Assembly (NCBI GenBank): GCA_964534375.1
Contig: CAZHPN010000201.1
Coordinates: 1-10,473 of the forward strand
Direction of reading: 5' to 3'
DNA length: 10,473 nucleotides
DNA from: an uncultured bacterium
GTDB lineage: Bacteria > Lernaellota > Lernaellaia > Lernaellales > Lernaellaceae
The notes under the pieces were generated by a model. It searched no databases, was not told the DNA's origin, and saw nothing but the letters and a program-made list of their open reading frames with translations. Below, piece after piece: positions 7,217-10,473 of the stretch; within the stretch, counting starts at the first letter, position 1; every line of letters begins with the position of its first letter. A program made the position numbers and the translations under genes.

Positions 7217-8170
7217 ATGCCGGATTTCGCGAGACCGACGATTTTCCTGAGCAAGTGTTTCGCCGGCGCCGCGTGCCGCTGGAACGGCGAAGTGAGCGAA
7301 TCGGCGGTGGCGGCGCGCTTGCTGCCGTTCGTCAATGTCATCGAAGTTTGCCCGGAGATGGAAATCGGGCTCGGCGTGCCCCGGCCGCCGGTGCGAGTCG
7401 TCGAATGGCGCGGTCAGCGGCGGTTGTGGCAGCCGGAAACAAACCGCGACCTGACTGAATCGATGCGGGCCTGCGCGGCGGACGCGCTCGCGCATCTGCC
7501 GCCGGTCGACGGTTTCCTGTTCAAAGCGCGTTCGCCGTCGTGCGGCCTGACCGACGTCAAACTCTATCGCGGGAAAAAGTCGCAAAACCCGATCGGCAAG
7601 ACCGCCGGGCTCTTCGCCGGCGAGGCCGTGGCGCGCTTTCCCCTGCTCCCCGCGGAAGACGAAGATCGCCTGACGAGTTTCGCCGTTCGCGAGCGGTTTC
7701 TGACGCGCCTGTTCACGCTGGCGGATTTCCGCCGCGCGCGGCGGTTGCGGACGGCTCGCGCGCTCGTCGATTTTCAGGCCCGCCATAAACTCCTGTTGAT
7801 GGCTTGCCGGCAGACGACCGCGAAGCAACTCGGCGCGATCGTCGCCAACGCCGCGCGCCGGCTGTTGGACGAGACGACCGCAAATTACCAGACGATGTTG
7901 CTGGCGACGCTGGCGCAAGCGATCAAGCCGGGCCCGACGATCAACGTTTTGGAACACGCCTTCGGCTACTTCAAGAAGGCGCTGACCGCCCAGGAAAAAC
8001 GCGGATTCCTGGCGCTGCTCGACCGCTTCCGCGCCCGCCGCATCCCGCTCGCCGCCGTCAACGCGGTTCTGGTTTCGTGGATCGACCGTGACGACGTCGC
8101 CTATTTGCAGCAACAGAGTTTTTTCGCGCCGTACCCGCCGGCGCTGGCGGAGTTCGGTCCGGCCGCGTGA
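7217..8170 (+). CDS. DUF523 (TudS-like, [4Fe-4S]) - DUF1722 (YbgA) fusion; RudS-like thiouracil/4-thiouridine desulfidase
   Basis: DUF523 motifs: SKC..G..CRWNG, VCPEMEIGLGVPR, GFLFKARSPSCG. DUF1722 motifs: LVDFQARHKLLLMA, NVLEHAFGYFK, YLQQQSFFAPYP. Confidence 0.87.
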   Translation: MPDFARPTIFLSKCFAGAACRWNGEVSESAVAARLLPFVNVIEVCPEMEIGLGVPRPPVRVVEWRGQRRLWQPETNRDLTESMRACAADALAHLPPVDGFLFKARSPSCGLTDVKLYRGKKSQNPIGKTAGLFAGEAVARFPLLPAEDEDRLTSFAVRERFLTRLFTLADFRRARRLRTARALVDFQARHKLLLMACRQTTAKQLGAIVANAARRLLDETTANYQTMLLATLAQAIKPGPTINVLEHAFGYFKKALTAQEKRGFLALLDRFRARRIPLAAVNAVLVSWIDRDDVAYLQQQSFFAPYPPALAEFGPAA

Positions 8171-8191
8171 CGATTTTCCGTCGCGCGGCCG

Positions 8192-10102
8192 TTGCCTTGG
8201 CGCCGGAATTATGCAAAACATAGCGCCGGGGAAATCTGCGTCAGAACCTCAGCGGGCCACGTTCGGGGAAGAACAACGGACAGCGAATTCGCGCCAGCAA
8301 ATCGCGGCGATGGCCCGCCGCCGATCGAGCCACAGGTCGATGCGCCGCTGGGGCCGGAGCCGTCGTGGGCCGTCCGCCTGTGGCGGCGGTGGCGGGCGGC
8401 GCGACGCCGCAAGCGCGAGGCGCGGCGCCGCCGGCGCGTGCGCCAGATTCTCCTGCTGGCGTTGTTCTGCGTGATCGTCGGCAAACTTTTCCATTTCGCC
8501 GTGTTCGAAGACGCGTTTATCACCTTTCGGTGCGCCGAGAATTTTGCCGACGGCCACGGCCTCAATTTCAACCCGGGCGAACGCGTCGAATCTTCGACGG
8601 CGTTTTTTTTCGCGCTGCTGATCGGCCTCGCCAAGCGCTTCCTTTATTTCGATCCGCTCGGCACGGCGCTGCTGCTGAACGTGCTCGGGTTCCTGTTCAT
8701 CTTGTTCGCGCTGGCGGCCCGCACCACGCGGCGCAAGGATGCCGCCGGCCCCGCGGCGCTGGCGACGGCCGGCTTTTGGTGGGCCGCCACGCAACCGGCG
8801 TTGTGGGTCTACCTGCATTCCGGCCTGGAAGCCGTTTTCTTTGCGGCCCTGGCGTTTGGCGGTTTTCTCGCGGTCGAACGTTGCGTCGAGCGCGGCCGTT
8901 CGGCGTGGCCGGCCGGTTTGGCGCTCGGCGTCGCCGCGATCGTGCGGATGGAAGCCGTCGTGTTCGCCGGGCTGGCGATCGGTCTCGTCTCCGCCTACGG
9001 CCCGCGCGCGCGGCGGTGGAAAAACGCCATCCTCGCCGGCGGTTTCTTCGTCGCGATTTTCGCGCCCGTGCTGGCGTGGCGCTGGCATTACTTCGGCCGC
9101 CCGTTTCCCATTTCCTATTATGTGAAGCTGGACGGCGGCAGCCCCGCCTTGGCGGCGCGCGGTCTCGAGTACCTGGCCACCTGGTTTGTCGCGTGCCCGG
9201 TTGCCGCGGCGACAGTCGGCCTGACGGCGAACTACTTTCGGCGCTGCGCCGAACTGAAGCCGCGCCTCCGCATCGGTTTCATTTGGCTGCTGACGCAACT
9301 GGCCGTGGCCGTCTACCTCGGCGGCGATTACATGCCGTATTCCCGATTTCTCTTGCCGGCGGTTCCGCTCGTCGCGTGGCTGATGGCGGATGTCGCGCCG
9401 CTCTGGCTGCAACGCGCGAACGAACGCCGGCCGGCGTCGGCGACCTGGCGGAAAATCCTGGCGATCGGCGCGATCGTCGCCAGCCAGGTCTGGACGCTAT
9501 TCTACCCACCGCATTTCACGCTATTTCTGCAAGAGGGCGCGTATCTTGCGTTGTATCGTCCGATGGCCGAAGCGCTGCACCGGTTGATTCCCGACCGCCG
9601 CACAACGCTGTTCACGTTGGCGGCCGGCGTGACGCCGTATTACAGCAAATTGCGCACCTACGACGCGCTGGGCATTGCCGACCCGGTGATCGCGCATCGC
9701 CAGGCCGCGCTCGGTCGCGGCCTGGCCGGTCACGAGAAGTTCGACCCGCGCCGGATCCTCGACATCAAACCGGACCTCATCTTGTGCCAGGTTTTTCCGA
9801 AGAAGTTTCCGATCAAGAACCTGCCGTACTACCGCACCGATCCGAAGACCGGCGAACAGGTGTTGGTCGATCCGCTGGGCGGCGAACACGCGCTGTCCGT
9901 TCTCAAGAGCGAACCGGCGTTGAACTCGTTCGTGCAGGAACTCGAGGGGCTCGTGGATCTCTACCGCGATCCGGAATTCCGCGCGCAATACACCTTGCTG
10001 CGGCTGCGCGATCGCTCCTCGCTGGCGCTGTTCTTTGTGCGGGAAGGGGCTGGACCGCAGATTCGCATCGCCTTTACGCCGACCAATATTGAATTTGAGT
10101 AG
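8192..10102 (+). CDS. GT-C-type membrane glycosyltransferase (arabinofuranosyltransferase-like 'DDA.I..RYA.N...G.G..FNPGERVE' family); start uncertain
   Basis: Motifs EDAFITFRCAENFADGHGLNFNPGERVESST, SGLE, RME, YYVK, GGDYMPYSRFLLP, AAGVTPYYS, DALGIADPVIAH and GHEK, plus many TM segments. Candidate starts are TTG 8192, ACG 8276 and GTG 8438. Confidence 0.8.
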   Translation: MPWRRNYAKHSAGEICVRTSAGHVRGRTTDSEFAPANRGDGPPPIEPQVDAPLGPEPSWAVRLWRRWRAARRRKREARRRRRVRQILLLALFCVIVGKLFHFAVFEDAFITFRCAENFADGHGLNFNPGERVESSTAFFFALLIGLAKRFLYFDPLGTALLLNVLGFLFILFALAARTTRRKDAAGPAALATAGFWWAATQPALWVYLHSGLEAVFFAALAFGGFLAVERCVERGRSAWPAGLALGVAAIVRMEAVVFAGLAIGLVSAYGPRARRWKNAILAGGFFVAIFAPVLAWRWHYFGRPFPISYYVKLDGGSPALAARGLEYLATWFVACPVAAATVGLTANYFRRCAELKPRLRIGFIWLLTQLAVAVYLGGDYMPYSRFLLPAVPLVAWLMADVAPLWLQRANERRPASATWRKILAIGAIVASQVWTLFYPPHFTLFLQEGAYLALYRPMAEALHRLIPDRRTTLFTLAAGVTPYYSKLRTYDALGIADPVIAHRQAALGRGLAGHEKFDPRRILDIKPDLILCQVFPKKFPIKNLPYYRTDPKTGEQVLVDPLGGEHALSVLKSEPALNSFVQELEGLVDLYRDPEFRAQYTLLRLRDRSSLALFFVREGAGPQIRIAFTPTNIEFE

Positions 10103-10194
10103 TCGAGGACCGCGCCCGCGCTGCATCGGGCGGCTATAGAGACTGTCGAGCCTCTTGCAAAAATTGCAGTTCGATAATCGGCGTTCGCTCCGGA

Positions 10195-10251
10195 CCTCTC
10201 CCCCGGCCACGCCCGGCGTGGCCGCGCCCCTCCCCGCCACAGGGAGGGGCG
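10195..10251. repeat. Tandem GC-rich double hairpin (REP-like element or processing/termination structure)
   Basis: CGGCCACGC-ccg-GCGTGGCCG (10204-10224) abuts CGCCCCTCCC-cgccaca-GGGAGGGGCG (10225-10251) and is preceded by CCTCTCCCCC. There is no U-tract on the + strand. Confidence 0.6.
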
Positions 10252-10473
10252 AGAAGAAGCGTGGCGGACCCGGGATTCGAAGAGGCGCCGCACGGCCCGC
10301 AACTCCGCCTTCTGCCGTTTGAGCTTCTCGCAAAAATCACTTCTCGCATCTGCGAAAGGGAATTCGAGGGTTATGCGAGATTGTTTGCCGACCCGACAGC
10401 GACTGCGGGTCCTCCCCGTGGCCCCTCTCCGCGTCGGGGCATAGGCTTTAGGATAAAGAGCGGCGACGCTTGG

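Noticed and set aside
10133..10160. Antisense promoter TTGCAA-16nt-TATAGC on the - strand
   Set aside because: The spacer is short, the -10 lacks the conserved final T, and there is no supporting evidence.
1519..10333. Long antisense and alternate-frame ORFs (e.g. 1947-4091, 2671-4365, 3932-5350, 8365-10092)
   Set aside because: They are Arg/Gly/Ala-rich shadows typical of high-GC coding DNA, have no motifs, and overlap well-supported genes.

Overview
GC-rich bacterial window; all convincing genes lie on the + strand. 1-915 holds the 3' end of a probable HUH/Y1 (IS200-like, RAYT-type) transposase. It sits within an unusual 379-bp tandem duplication (25-403 / 404-782) that ends in REP-like palindromes and a 13-bp microarray. 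A tRNA-Val(CAC) follows (1022-1093), then a tightly packed, probably co-transcribed cluster: an MltD-like lipoprotein lytic transglycosylase (SLT + LysM), three mosaic paralogous polytopic GT-C (ArnT/PMT-like) glycosyltransferases, a DUF523(TudS)-DUF1722 fusion (RudS-like thiouridine desulfidase), and a fourth, unrelated GT-C-type membrane protein with an unclear start codon. The window ends in non-coding DNA with strong GC hairpins. The best candidates for novelty are the four-GT-C envelope glycosylation locus tied to a lytic transglycosylase, and the transposase-tail duplication whose coding half is diverged while its non-coding half is identical. All family calls come from motif recognition, not database searches.
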